Positions 35,345 through 44,048 of a DNA stretch of 64,000 nucleotides are shown one piece after another; within the stretch, counting starts at the first letter, position 1, and every line of letters begins with the position of its first letter. The notes below the pieces were generated by a model. That model did no database searches. It was not told the DNA's origin and saw nothing but the letters and a program-made list of their open reading frames with translations. The translations under genes were made by a program, and so were the position numbers. Source of the stretch: a virus (Duplodnaviria; Caudoviricetes); the IMG/VR virus record IMGVR_UViG_3300032285_001531; one strand, written 5' to 3'.

Positions 35345-35611
35345 ATGTTTAATTTCAATATGTTCGATCAGAACGCATTCAAGGATTTGTATACAGCAAA
35401 TTTCTACATCGATATGCTACAAAAGACCAAATCTGTATTAACTGATAAAGTTATTACTGATCCAGTACTAAACAAAGCAGCACATGAGTTTTTAGATGCA
35501 CAAACAGTGTTTGCTAAAATGGTAGCTACTAACACTACTACTATTGCAAAACATAGCATTGATTCAATTAGCAAAACTTATTTTCCAAATAGTAAGTCAA
35601 AGGCCGAATAA
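35345..35611 (+). CDS. Hypothetical helical protein (phasin-like, tentative)
   Basis: 88 aa, amphipathic; strong SD. Confidence 0.6.
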   Translation: MFNFNMFDQNAFKDLYTANFYIDMLQKTKSVLTDKVITDPVLNKAAHEFLDAQTVFAKMVATNTTTIAKHSIDSISKTYFPNSKSKAE

Positions 35612-35754
35612 TGTTTGTACTACTAAACAAGGCTTTCAATAGCCTGTTCGGTGATAACCACGGCTCAGAAGTTGAACAGTACATTATAAGTAAGAATCCA
35701 AAAAATGCAGGTGATGTCGAATACTGGTTACAACAATACACTTACTCTACTAAT
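35611..35754 (+). CDS. Small protein (47 aa, not in ORF track)
   Basis: TAATG overlap; EQYIISKNPKNAGDVEYW. Confidence 0.55.
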
Positions 35755-35846
35755 AGAAATAAGTTATAAAATTGAATTACCCAGAAAGGTTTAAGCTACC
35801 TCAAAAAGCTGTATAATGTAACACTCACACACATAGGAGATTTAAA

Positions 35847-36122
35847 ATGAGTACAGAACTACCAAAACTACCAGAAGTAAAATTTAACAAGAACGGTTAC
35901 GAACTACGCACTGATATATTATCAATGGCTAAAGACATTGCAATGCAAGACTTTACTATGAAATTTCAAGGTTGGGAACTGACTGCAAAACGTGATGAAA
36001 AAACAGGTCAGATCGTTACACAAGTTGGTATGCCAGAGTTTCCAGGATTAGAAAAAATCCTAGAAAATGCAGAAAAGATGTATGGCTTTGTTAATCAAAG
36101 CACTAGTAAAGATAAGAAGTAA
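35847..36122 (+). CDS. Hypothetical protein
   Basis: 91 aa, AGGAG SD. Confidence 0.75.
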   Translation: MSTELPKLPEVKFNKNGYELRTDILSMAKDIAMQDFTMKFQGWELTAKRDEKTGQIVTQVGMPEFPGLEKILENAEKMYGFVNQSTSKDKK

Positions 36123-36139
36123 TCTATAATACTTCACAC

Positions 36140-36170
36140 AAAGCCCGTTAATTCGGGCTTTACCTTTTTG
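36140..36170 (+). terminator. Rho-independent terminator
   Basis: AAAGCCCG-TTAATT-CGGGCTTT followed by T-rich sequence. Confidence 0.65.
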
Positions 36171-36206
36171 TTTACAAAGTTATTAATTTTAGTATATAAT
36201 ATCAGT

Positions 36207-36959
36207 ATGAAAGACCTTACACTTTATTGCAACTGCTATCCAGAACACGAGAACCAGCACACACAATATATGCAAAAGAACTTAATGTGTGGTTCTAGTA
36301 ATATATCTGAAGAATATCGTAGAGAACTATTAAAAAAGAATTTTTACTTTGATGATAACGGATACAATATTTCAGAACTTAACAACTACTTAGGTGATTT
36401 AACCGGATTATATTATATTTGGAAGAATACCTCTGAGGGTATTATTGGTACTAATCAGTATCGTAGACATTGGCTTGAAGAAGAAGTTGATAATCTAAAG
36501 TTTGATGAAAGAACCTTTTATATTTCTGCCCCTTTTAAATTCAACAATAGTGTATATGACCAATTCATTGAAAGTCATGGATCAATGATGATGAATGTTT
36601 TATATGAAGCTGCTAAGCATAAAAAAATTCATCTTACTACAGAAGATGTAGAGCAGTTAAAGAATATCAATGTACTATCCTCTTGTAATATGTTTTTCTC
36701 TCATAGAGATATTTTTAATAAACTTTGCGAGATTCATTTTGAAACTATGTTTGAGATTTATAATGGTGTTAAATATGCACTGCCATTTATACAAGATGAT
36801 AATCCATGGCATGTAAATCAACCTAGAACATTGGCATTTCTTTCAGAGAGAATATTAACATTAACATATTTGAACATAAACAAATATATACCTAATACTA
36901 AAATAAAATCAGTGTCATGGGTTAATAACGGAACTCTTATACATAAACATGATCATTAA
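36207..36959 (+). CDS. DUF4422-like glycosyltransferase-associated protein, leaderless
   Basis: GTNQYRRHW, SCNMF, AFLSERI; TATAAT 36195-200, then ATG after a 6-nt gap. Confidence 0.7.
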   Translation: MKDLTLYCNCYPEHENQHTQYMQKNLMCGSSNISEEYRRELLKKNFYFDDNGYNISELNNYLGDLTGLYYIWKNTSEGIIGTNQYRRHWLEEEVDNLKFDERTFYISAPFKFNNSVYDQFIESHGSMMMNVLYEAAKHKKIHLTTEDVEQLKNINVLSSCNMFFSHRDIFNKLCEIHFETMFEIYNGVKYALPFIQDDNPWHVNQPRTLAFLSERILTLTYLNINKYIPNTKIKSVSWVNNGTLIHKHDH

Positions 36960-36961
36960 TA

Positions 36962-38230
36962 ATGAACTTAACTGAAATCAGCAAACAATTCAATCCCGCA
37001 TACATTAAGAACTATGATAACTTTGATTCGTCAAAAGATAGTGTCTTATATGCAGGACCTTATTGGAATCATTTAGAACTTGAAGCGATACTTGATAGTG
37101 TACTCAACGGCAACTGGATAGTAAGTGGTCCTAAAGTAGAACAGTTTCAGGATGAATTCGCTAAGAAGTTTAACGTTGGTTATAGCCACATGGTCAATAG
37201 TGGTAGTAGTGCTAATCTAGTTATGATAGCAGCATTGAAGAAACGTTTTCGTTGGAATGACAACGATGAAATTATTGTTAGCCCGGTTGGCTTCCCTACA
37301 ACTATTGCACCTATTGTACAAAACAAACTAACACCCAAGTTTATTGACATTGAGTTTGATACATTGAACTTTGATGTTAATTTAATAGAAGAGGCAATAA
37401 ACAAAAAAACACGAGCAATCATTGTAAGTCCTGTACTAGCTAATCCACCTGACATGGACAGAATCAAACAGATATGCGTTGACAATGATTTGTTATTGAT
37501 TGGTGATAACTGTGATAGTCTTGGTACATTATACAATGATAAGCCATTAAGTGATTACTATTATAGTTGGAGTTGTAGTTTCTATCCCGCACATCATATC
37601 AGCACTGGTGAAGGTGGAATGGTGTCAAGTAACGATAAGTTTCTTATTGACTTAGTGCGTAGTATTAGTTGGTGGGGTAGAGATTGTTATTGTACAGGTG
37701 TTAACAACACATTGAGTTGTGGTACATGTGGTAAGCGTTTTGATTACTGGCTAGAGAACTATGATGGTATTATTGACCACAAGTATATCTATAGTAACAT
37801 GGGATACAATCTTAAGCCACTTGACTTACAAGGTGCAGTTGGTTCAGTACAACTAACTAAGGTAGATGATATATGCACTAAACGCAAACATAATAAAGAA
37901 CAGATAGAACAAATGCTCGTGCGTCATTTAGGTATTGTACCTGTTAAAGTATATAAGAACGCTGACCCTAGTTGGTTCGGTGTACCTATTGTATGTCGTA
38001 AACAGGGTGAGAAAGAGTTATTAGTAGCTCATTTTGAAGCAAACAGAATACAAACACGTAATTATTTTGGTGGCAATATCTTATTGCACCCGGCGTATAA
38101 ACACTTAGGTGACTACAAGAAATTCCCTAATGCAAACAAAGTATTAGACTATGTTTTTTTCTTGGGTTGCAGTCCGTTGTATAACGACAGTGTATTAGAT
38201 TATTTTAATGAAGTGATTAAGAAATGGTAA
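36962..38230 (+). CDS. rfbH: RfbH/DdhC-like CDP-4-keto-6-deoxyglucose 3-dehydrase (DegT/DnrJ family)
   Basis: VNSGSSANL, GDNCDSLG, SFYPAHHISTGEGG (His in place of the Schiff-base Lys), CYC..CGTCG Fe-S motif. Confidence 0.85.
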   Translation: MNLTEISKQFNPAYIKNYDNFDSSKDSVLYAGPYWNHLELEAILDSVLNGNWIVSGPKVEQFQDEFAKKFNVGYSHMVNSGSSANLVMIAALKKRFRWNDNDEIIVSPVGFPTTIAPIVQNKLTPKFIDIEFDTLNFDVNLIEEAINKKTRAIIVSPVLANPPDMDRIKQICVDNDLLLIGDNCDSLGTLYNDKPLSDYYYSWSCSFYPAHHISTGEGGMVSSNDKFLIDLVRSISWWGRDCYCTGVNNTLSCGTCGKRFDYWLENYDGIIDHKYIYSNMGYNLKPLDLQGAVGSVQLTKVDDICTKRKHNKEQIEQMLVRHLGIVPVKVYKNADPSWFGVPIVCRKQGEKELLVAHFEANRIQTRNYFGGNILLHPAYKHLGDYKKFPNANKVLDYVFFLGCSPLYNDSVLDYFNEVIKKW

Positions 38231-39009
38231 ATTTATTCGGTAAAGGATTTATTGGGACACGATACTCAAATATATATCCATGCGTAGTCAATGAGCGTAA
38301 TGATTTGGTGCCTAAAATATCAAATGTATTATACATGATAAGCACTACGGACAACTACAATGTTAATGTAAATCCATATATTGATATTGAAACTAATCTT
38401 ACTACACTAATACGTGTATTAGAAAACTGCAAGAATAAGAACATGACATTCAACTTTATAAGTAGTTGGTTTGTCTATGGAAATAGTACATTACCATGTA
38501 GTGAAGATAGCGTATGTAATCCAAAAGGATTCTACAGTATCACTAAAAGGACAGCAGAGCAATTATTAATAGAATACTGTGAAAAATACGATATAAAATA
38601 CCGTATATTAAGATTAGCTAATGTCATAGGACCAAATGATAAAAACGTATCAGCGAAAAAGAACGTGTTGACCTATGTAGCTAATAGATTACTGCTTGGA
38701 CTTGATGTTGAACTATATGATGGTGGAGATTTTTACCGTGATTACATACATGTAGATGATGCGTGTAGAGCAATCAATCTTATATTAGAGAAGGGTGAAC
38801 TCAACACCATCTACAATGTAGGTAACAACGAGTCAATAAAATTTAAAGACGCTGTTAATTATATAGCAACATTAACTAAATCAAAATCTGTAATAACCAA
38901 CGTACCCGGAGAAGTATACGATATGAGTTTAGATTGTAGAAAGTTATTCGATTTGGGATATAGTCCGGAATACAATACGGATGCAATGTTACAAACGTTA
39001 CTGTCCTAA
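38224..39009 (+). CDS. NAD-dependent epimerase/dehydratase
   Basis: GKGFIG, FISSWFVYG, YSITK, RDYIHVDD. Confidence 0.88.
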   Translation: MVNLFGKGFIGTRYSNIYPCVVNERNDLVPKISNVLYMISTTDNYNVNVNPYIDIETNLTTLIRVLENCKNKNMTFNFISSWFVYGNSTLPCSEDSVCNPKGFYSITKRTAEQLLIEYCEKYDIKYRILRLANVIGPNDKNVSAKKNVLTYVANRLLLGLDVELYDGGDFYRDYIHVDDACRAINLILEKGELNTIYNVGNNESIKFKDAVNYIATLTKSKSVITNVPGEVYDMSLDCRKLFDLGYSPEYNTDAMLQTLLS

Positions 39010-39071
39010 TTCTTTACAACAAATCCACTGTGTTGTAAACTACTTTCATCAATCAACTAAAGGAGTTTTAA

Positions 39072-39362
39072 ATGAAAAAAGCAATACTTATTACAATTTT
39101 TGCATTGTTATCAACCAACAGTTATGCAAAAGACAACAGCGAAAGCGTAGGAATCTGTGCAGGTCATTACTATATGCTCATGCAATATGATAAAGTTGAA
39201 GAAATTATCAAACGTGCATCAGATGTTGCAAAAATGAAACAAGCTGCAAATGCTTGGATAGAAGTAATTTTGCGAGATGCAGAGAATGGCACTGATTTTG
39301 CATCAATACAAGCAAGAAAAGCATGTGTAATTGATTTAAAAATAAAATCATTTCCTAACTAA
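39072..39362 (+). CDS. Secreted hypothetical protein
   Basis: Signal peptide ending SYA; two Cys. Confidence 0.7.
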   Translation: MKKAILITIFALLSTNSYAKDNSESVGICAGHYYMLMQYDKVEEIIKRASDVAKMKQAANAWIEVILRDAENGTDFASIQARKACVIDLKIKSFPN

Positions 39363-39367
39363 AAGGC

Positions 39368-39396
39368 TTGACCTTGAATCATTTTGGGCATATACT
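39368..39396 (+). promoter_or_regulatory. Early sigma70-type promoter (repeat family)
   Basis: TTGACC-17-TATACT, spacer contains AATCATTTTGG. Confidence 0.75.
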
Positions 39397-39426
39397 AGCT
39401 TCACTAACTTAAATAAGGGGCTCAAA

Positions 39427-39738
39427 ATGAAACTGCAAATGAACGACACAGTAACTTGGTCTAGCGCAGCAGGTCAACTGACTGGTGTTATTACTAATAT
39501 TGTATTAGATTTAAATGCAGCAAGAAAAGTTGTTCCTTGGATTGATATCAAAACTGATAAAACTACAGTAAGACTGTGTGCTACTGATAGCAATCTTATA
39601 ATGATGAAAGTTCAATTAGTAGTTGATGCACCAAAAATGGTTGAACGTACAAACATCATGACCGGCAAGAAATTCATGGAGCCTGCAGATCGTCCCTACT
39701 TCTGCTCACCAAGTTCAGAAACTTTCTGGACAATGTAA
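39427..39738 (+). CDS. Hypothetical early protein
   Basis: 103 aa; ends YFCSPSSETFWTM. Confidence 0.75.
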   Translation: MKLQMNDTVTWSSAAGQLTGVITNIVLDLNAARKVVPWIDIKTDKTTVRLCATDSNLIMMKVQLVVDAPKMVERTNIMTGKKFMEPADRPYFCSPSSETFWTM

Positions 39739-39746
39739 AATAGTTG

Positions 39747-39802
39747 TTGACTCTAAATCGTTTTGGATATATCATATACACATACACTAACAACACAGGA
39801 GC
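39747..39802 (+). promoter_or_regulatory. Early promoter plus leader cassette (repeat of 52406-52460)
   Basis: TTGACT-17-TATCAT..CATACACTAACAACACAGGAGC. Confidence 0.75.
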
Positions 39803-39807
39803 AAAAC

Positions 39808-40071
39808 ATGTCTAAATTAACCGCTTATGTAGATCGCAAAAACGCTTTTGGTTTACTATTTAATAGTAAATTCCGTCAGTTAAGTTTACAAAATGCTGCT
39901 GACCGTCAATCAATTGCTAATAGCATTGATGCTGAGTTAAGTCCAGAGAACTTAACTTGCGATGGCGAATTAAGCCGTTCACAAGTACAAGCTCGTTATA
40001 ACGAGTTGATGGCTATTGCAAAAGAGTTGCAAAAGTTGGATCCTGCTGTTAAATTTTACGATTATAACTAA
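39808..40071 (+). CDS. Hypothetical early protein
   Basis: LSPENLTCDGE motif; start after the AGGAG SD. Confidence 0.75.
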   Translation: MSKLTAYVDRKNAFGLLFNSKFRQLSLQNAADRQSIANSIDAELSPENLTCDGELSRSQVQARYNELMAIAKELQKLDPAVKFYDYN

Positions 40072-40081
40072 GAGGTATAAC

Positions 40082-40270
40082 ATGAATAACTTAGAAATTT
40101 TAGCAAATGACATCGCCTTCCTGAGCAATGATAGTCTTGCTAAACTCGCAGAAATTTTAGTACGTGACTATACTACCCGTGCTAATGTTATGGAAGCAAA
40201 GTTGAACAGTTCATTGTTTGATCATGACATCAAAAACATGACTGCTGATATTGATATTATAGGGAGTTAA
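40082..40270 (+). CDS. Hypothetical protein
   Basis: GAGG SD. Confidence 0.7.
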   Translation: MNNLEILANDIAFLSNDSLAKLAEILVRDYTTRANVMEAKLNSSLFDHDIKNMTADIDIIGS

Positions 40271-40272
40271 TC

Positions 40273-40644
40273 ATGGGTTTAGATATGTATGCTTATGTTG
40301 CAAATAAAGAAAGCAACCATTCTAGTGAATCAGCTAGTCAGGAAATAGCTTACTGGCGTAAGCATCCTAACTTACATGGTTGGATGGAAAGACTGTGGCG
40401 TAGTAAAAATGATTTACATGATCTAAATGATCCTATGTTCAACGGTGTTGAACTTGAGTTAACCTTCGATGATATTATGCAATTAGAAAAGGACATTAAC
40501 AATGGCACTCTACCCGGTACTTCAGGCTTCTTTTTTGGTAATAATGCTGACGATTATTATAAAGGGCAAGATTTGGAGTTCGTGTACGAAGCTAAATCAA
40601 GACTGTTCTTAGGTCAACGTGTGTTTTATAATTCAAGCTGGTAG
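40273..40644 (+). CDS. Hypothetical phage protein
   Basis: MGLDMYAY..YWRKHPNLHGWM. Confidence 0.8.
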   Translation: MGLDMYAYVANKESNHSSESASQEIAYWRKHPNLHGWMERLWRSKNDLHDLNDPMFNGVELELTFDDIMQLEKDINNGTLPGTSGFFFGNNADDYYKGQDLEFVYEAKSRLFLGQRVFYNSSW

Positions 40645-40652
40645 GATATTAA

Positions 40653-41984
40653 ATGAGCGCAAGCTGGATCAATAAATTAAACGAATCGGATAGCAGACTT
40701 CACAAAGAAGATGTTATCCGACAAGCATTGGAAGCTGCCGTATTAGGTAGTGAAAATGCTATTACCTTTTTGAGTTTCACTAAAGCATGTTACAATCCTT
40801 ATGTAACGTTTGGTGTTAAACAACTACCAGAAACATTTGGTATTGAAGATGCTGAGAATCCTTGGGCTGAGTTTAATAGTTTGATGTGTGACCTATCCCA
40901 ACGTAGATTGACTGGACACGCTGCACGTGATGCTATTCAATCTATGAGTGAAAGATTTGATAGCAATGAATGGAACACGTTCTTAAAGCCTGTGCTAGGT
41001 AAAGACTTACGTGCAGGTATCAGTGATAAAACAATCAACAAAATTTGTAATAATACTGATTACGAAGTGCCTATATTTGGTTGTCAACTAGCAACCAATT
41101 GTGAAGGTCGCCCTGAGATGAAGGGCAAGAAAAGATTAGAGCCAAAGCTTGATGGTGTTCGTGTTATTATGGTAGTACAGATACAAGACATAGACAATAT
41201 CTATGTTACAAGTTTTAGCCGTAATGGTAAACACTTTAGTAACTTTGGTCACATTGAAAAACAAGTTGCTGACTATGCCTCACAGTTTATGTACTTAAGT
41301 GCAGGCTTATCAGGTGGTTATATACTTGACGGTGAAGTTGTAGGTAATAGCTTCCAAGAACTAATGCGTCAAGCAAGACGTAAAGAAAACGTACAAGCAG
41401 AAGATAGTGTGTTTCATATCTTTGACATTCTTCCAATAGAAGATTTCAACAGAGGTTATTGGAATGCACAATTGCACAAACGTATTGCTATTTTAGAGAA
41501 AGTGCGTACAATAATAGATCGTATGCCTAACGTAGAATTATTAGACCATATTATGGTTGATCTTGACTATAGTGAAGGGCATGACCAACTCAATCGTTAT
41601 GCTAAAGATATGGTTAATCTAGGCTATGAAGGCATTATGATTAAAGATGTTGATGCACCCTATGTATGTAAACGTAGTACTGACTGGATGAAGTGGAAGC
41701 CAACTATCACAGTTGATTTAACTGTTATTGCAATTGAACAAGGTACAGGACGTAACAGCGAACGATTAGGTGCATTAGTATGCGAAGGTGAAGATGATGG
41801 TAAGCATATCACTGTTAACGTAGGTAGTGGTTATAGTGATGAAGATAGAGAAGAATACTGGTCTAACCAAGATGCAGTGATAGGAAGAACTGCAGAAGTA
41901 TTATGTGATGCAGTGACACAAAATAGAGATGGCACGTACAGTTTACGTTTCCCTCGCTTTGTGCGATTTAGGGACGACAAATAA
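40653..41984 (+). CDS. lig: ATP-dependent DNA ligase
   Basis: EPKLDGVR, LDGEV, FDIL, EGIMIK, WMKWK, LRFPRF. Confidence 0.95.
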   Translation: MSASWINKLNESDSRLHKEDVIRQALEAAVLGSENAITFLSFTKACYNPYVTFGVKQLPETFGIEDAENPWAEFNSLMCDLSQRRLTGHAARDAIQSMSERFDSNEWNTFLKPVLGKDLRAGISDKTINKICNNTDYEVPIFGCQLATNCEGRPEMKGKKRLEPKLDGVRVIMVVQIQDIDNIYVTSFSRNGKHFSNFGHIEKQVADYASQFMYLSAGLSGGYILDGEVVGNSFQELMRQARRKENVQAEDSVFHIFDILPIEDFNRGYWNAQLHKRIAILEKVRTIIDRMPNVELLDHIMVDLDYSEGHDQLNRYAKDMVNLGYEGIMIKDVDAPYVCKRSTDWMKWKPTITVDLTVIAIEQGTGRNSERLGALVCEGEDDGKHITVNVGSGYSDEDREEYWSNQDAVIGRTAEVLCDAVTQNRDGTYSLRFPRFVRFRDDK

Positions 41985-42211
41985 TGAGAAGATGGCAAGA
42001 GTATGAAAATAACACGCAATACTATTATGATGATAGTGATGGTATGGTGATTGGACAAGTGCATAGATTTGGTACCTCTAACAGTGTATACACTGCTACA
42101 GTAAAGCCTGATAATATTGACCATGTATTAGGCCAGTTTGTTAGTTCAGACTATGCACGAAACGCAGTACAAAATTTTTGGGATGTACAAGATAGGACAT
42201 TGATAGGATAA
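41984..42211 (+). CDS. Hypothetical protein
   Basis: TAATG coupled. Confidence 0.7.
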   Translation: MRRWQEYENNTQYYYDDSDGMVIGQVHRFGTSNSVYTATVKPDNIDHVLGQFVSSDYARNAVQNFWDVQDRTLIG

Positions 42212-42444
42212 TGAACGAACGAATTAAAGAACTTGCTAAAGAGGCTACTATATTTTATAGTAACGGACAAGAACTAACTTTTGACAAACGAAAGTTCGCC
42301 GAGTTGATTGTTCAGGAATGTATCGGTAAAGTAACAAAAGTGTCCGATAGTATTAAAGAATTTGATTCTGATAATGCTGATGGGATTGATTTGTGTGATC
42401 TTATTACCTATCATATTAAGAAACATTTCGGAGTTGAAGAATGA
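42211..42444 (+). CDS. Hypothetical protein
   Basis: MNERIKELA..FAELIVQEC..IKKHFGVEE. Confidence 0.75.
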   Translation: MNERIKELAKEATIFYSNGQELTFDKRKFAELIVQECIGKVTKVSDSIKEFDSDNADGIDLCDLITYHIKKHFGVEE

Positions 42445-42662
42445 AAACATTTGATACATTTGAAGAAGTAGTTGGTATGAACCATTGCATGAAAAAGCCT
42501 ATTGTGGTTCATGCTAAAAAGATGGATGTAGAATTTCGTGTTAACACACTAGAAGGTAATTATAAGCAAGGTAAGCCTGGTGATTATCTTATGCGTGGAA
42601 TAGATGGCGAACTATATATATGTGATGGTCCTATCTTTGAAAAAACATACGATTGGGTATAA
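42441..42662 (+). CDS. Hypothetical protein
   Basis: TLEG..GKPGDYL..GIDGELY..IFEKTY. Confidence 0.75.
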   Translation: MKTFDTFEEVVGMNHCMKKPIVVHAKKMDVEFRVNTLEGNYKQGKPGDYLMRGIDGELYICDGPIFEKTYDWV

Positions 42663-42664
42663 GA

Positions 42665-42805
42665 ATGGAAAGTTTTGAACTAATACAACTATGGATAGTA
42701 TACTTTGCATTACAATGTGTATTATTTTATAGATGGATAGGTATAGACGGAATGATCGGTTCCATGGTCGGCACATTAGCCGTAATGTTATTTCATTATC
42801 TATGA
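42665..42805 (+). CDS. Small membrane protein (46 aa, not in ORF track)
   Basis: MESFELIQLWIVYFALQCVLFYRWIGIDGMIGSMVGTLAVMLFHYL; ATGA overlap with the next gene. Confidence 0.55.
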   Translation: MESFELIQLWIVYFALQCVLFYRWIGIDGMIGSMVGTLAVMLFHYL

Positions 42806-43044
42806 TAACAAAAGTTAAAGCCACCAAGGCTGTAAAAAAGGCTGCAAAGAAAGTTGCAGTAAAAAAGCCAGCAGTAAAAAAGGTTAAATTCAAACCAATT
42901 GATGAGAATGATTATGGTCCTGATTTAACTCATTTTACCTGTTTGTCTTGTAAAAATAAATTTTATGACATACAATTATATTTTAAAGACACTAAATCTA
43001 AAAAGTGTTTATCATGTATTAAATTTCCAAAGGACAGCAAATGA
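42802..43044 (+). CDS. Lys/Ala-rich protein with C-terminal Zn finger
   Basis: KKAAKKVAVKK; CLSC..CLSC; start moved to 42802. Confidence 0.65.
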   Translation: MITKVKATKAVKKAAKKVAVKKPAVKKVKFKPIDENDYGPDLTHFTCLSCKNKFYDIQLYFKDTKSKKCLSCIKFPKDSK

Positions 43045-43637
43045 AAACTTATACAATTGAAATTTATAGTCGAGGTCTTGATGTAGGTATCGGCAAGATT
43101 ACTCAAGCACAATATGAATATTGGAGTGATGAGGATCGTGAATATGATTTGACTGAAGCACTTCAGGACAATTTTGATTATGAAGAACATGAAACTCCTG
43201 AAGAATGTAAACTATATGAATACTATAATGAGTATGAAGATGTATTATTCACATTTGGTCCTGATTTTGAATATCATGAAATGACCATCAAAGATGAAGA
43301 TAACAATATCTTGTACATGGGTGATGTTGATGGATTAGTGTCCGAACATGATCCAGATTATGAAATTGATATGATTGATGGTGGTGATCGTGATTACTAC
43401 ATGAGTGTCATGGAACCTGGTTACTATCTACAATGGTGTAACGGTGGTAAAGGATTGTATTTTGATGGTCAGTTTGAAGCAGAAAGTTTTGATCCAAAGA
43501 AACTAAAATTCAAACGTGTAGAAACTGACTTTGGTGAAGTACTAGATGGCATTTCGTATGATGATGAAAGTATAGAAAATGTTGCCGGCGATTATGATAT
43601 TAAATCATTTGAAGCACGTGTACATTACGTAGAGTAA
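43041..43637 (+). CDS. Acidic hypothetical protein
   Basis: 198 aa, D/E/Y-rich. Confidence 0.75.
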   Translation: MKTYTIEIYSRGLDVGIGKITQAQYEYWSDEDREYDLTEALQDNFDYEEHETPEECKLYEYYNEYEDVLFTFGPDFEYHEMTIKDEDNNILYMGDVDGLVSEHDPDYEIDMIDGGDRDYYMSVMEPGYYLQWCNGGKGLYFDGQFEAESFDPKKLKFKRVETDFGEVLDGISYDDESIENVAGDYDIKSFEARVHYVE

Positions 43638-43644
43638 ATACTAC

Positions 43645-43860
43645 ATGGATACATCATTCGTTGGTAAAAAACATATATTCCCTGATGGGGTAGAACTCGA
43701 AATAACTCAAATCAAAAGACGTGAGGATGAACCTTGGGTTACATATACTATCAAGCAAGGAAACAGTATTCCTAGAAAATTAGTTATGAAAGTATCTGAG
43801 TTTGTAGGATTATATGGACATTTATTTGGATTAAAAGATGCTCCTCCGAAACGTCCTTAA
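43645..43860 (+). CDS. Hypothetical protein
   Basis: 71 aa. Confidence 0.7.
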   Translation: MDTSFVGKKHIFPDGVELEITQIKRREDEPWVTYTIKQGNSIPRKLVMKVSEFVGLYGHLFGLKDAPPKRP

Positions 43861-44035
43861 CTATATTAGATATAGTGGGTTAGGTATTACTATTACTGTA
43901 AATCCATTTCATTGGAGATATATTCCACATTTCCGCTACAGATATGACATAGAATGGTCTGACAAAGATATACAAATTTGGGGTTCTTGGTTATTCTTAA
44001 AAATACAGCTACTAATTAGTGATGGCTCTTGGTGA
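43838..44035 (+). CDS. Hypothetical protein
   Basis: 65 aa, Trp-rich. Confidence 0.55.
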   Translation: MLLRNVLNYIRYSGLGITITVNPFHWRYIPHFRYRYDIEWSDKDIQIWGSWLFLKIQLLISDGSW

Positions 44036-44048
44036 TAAATATTAGATT

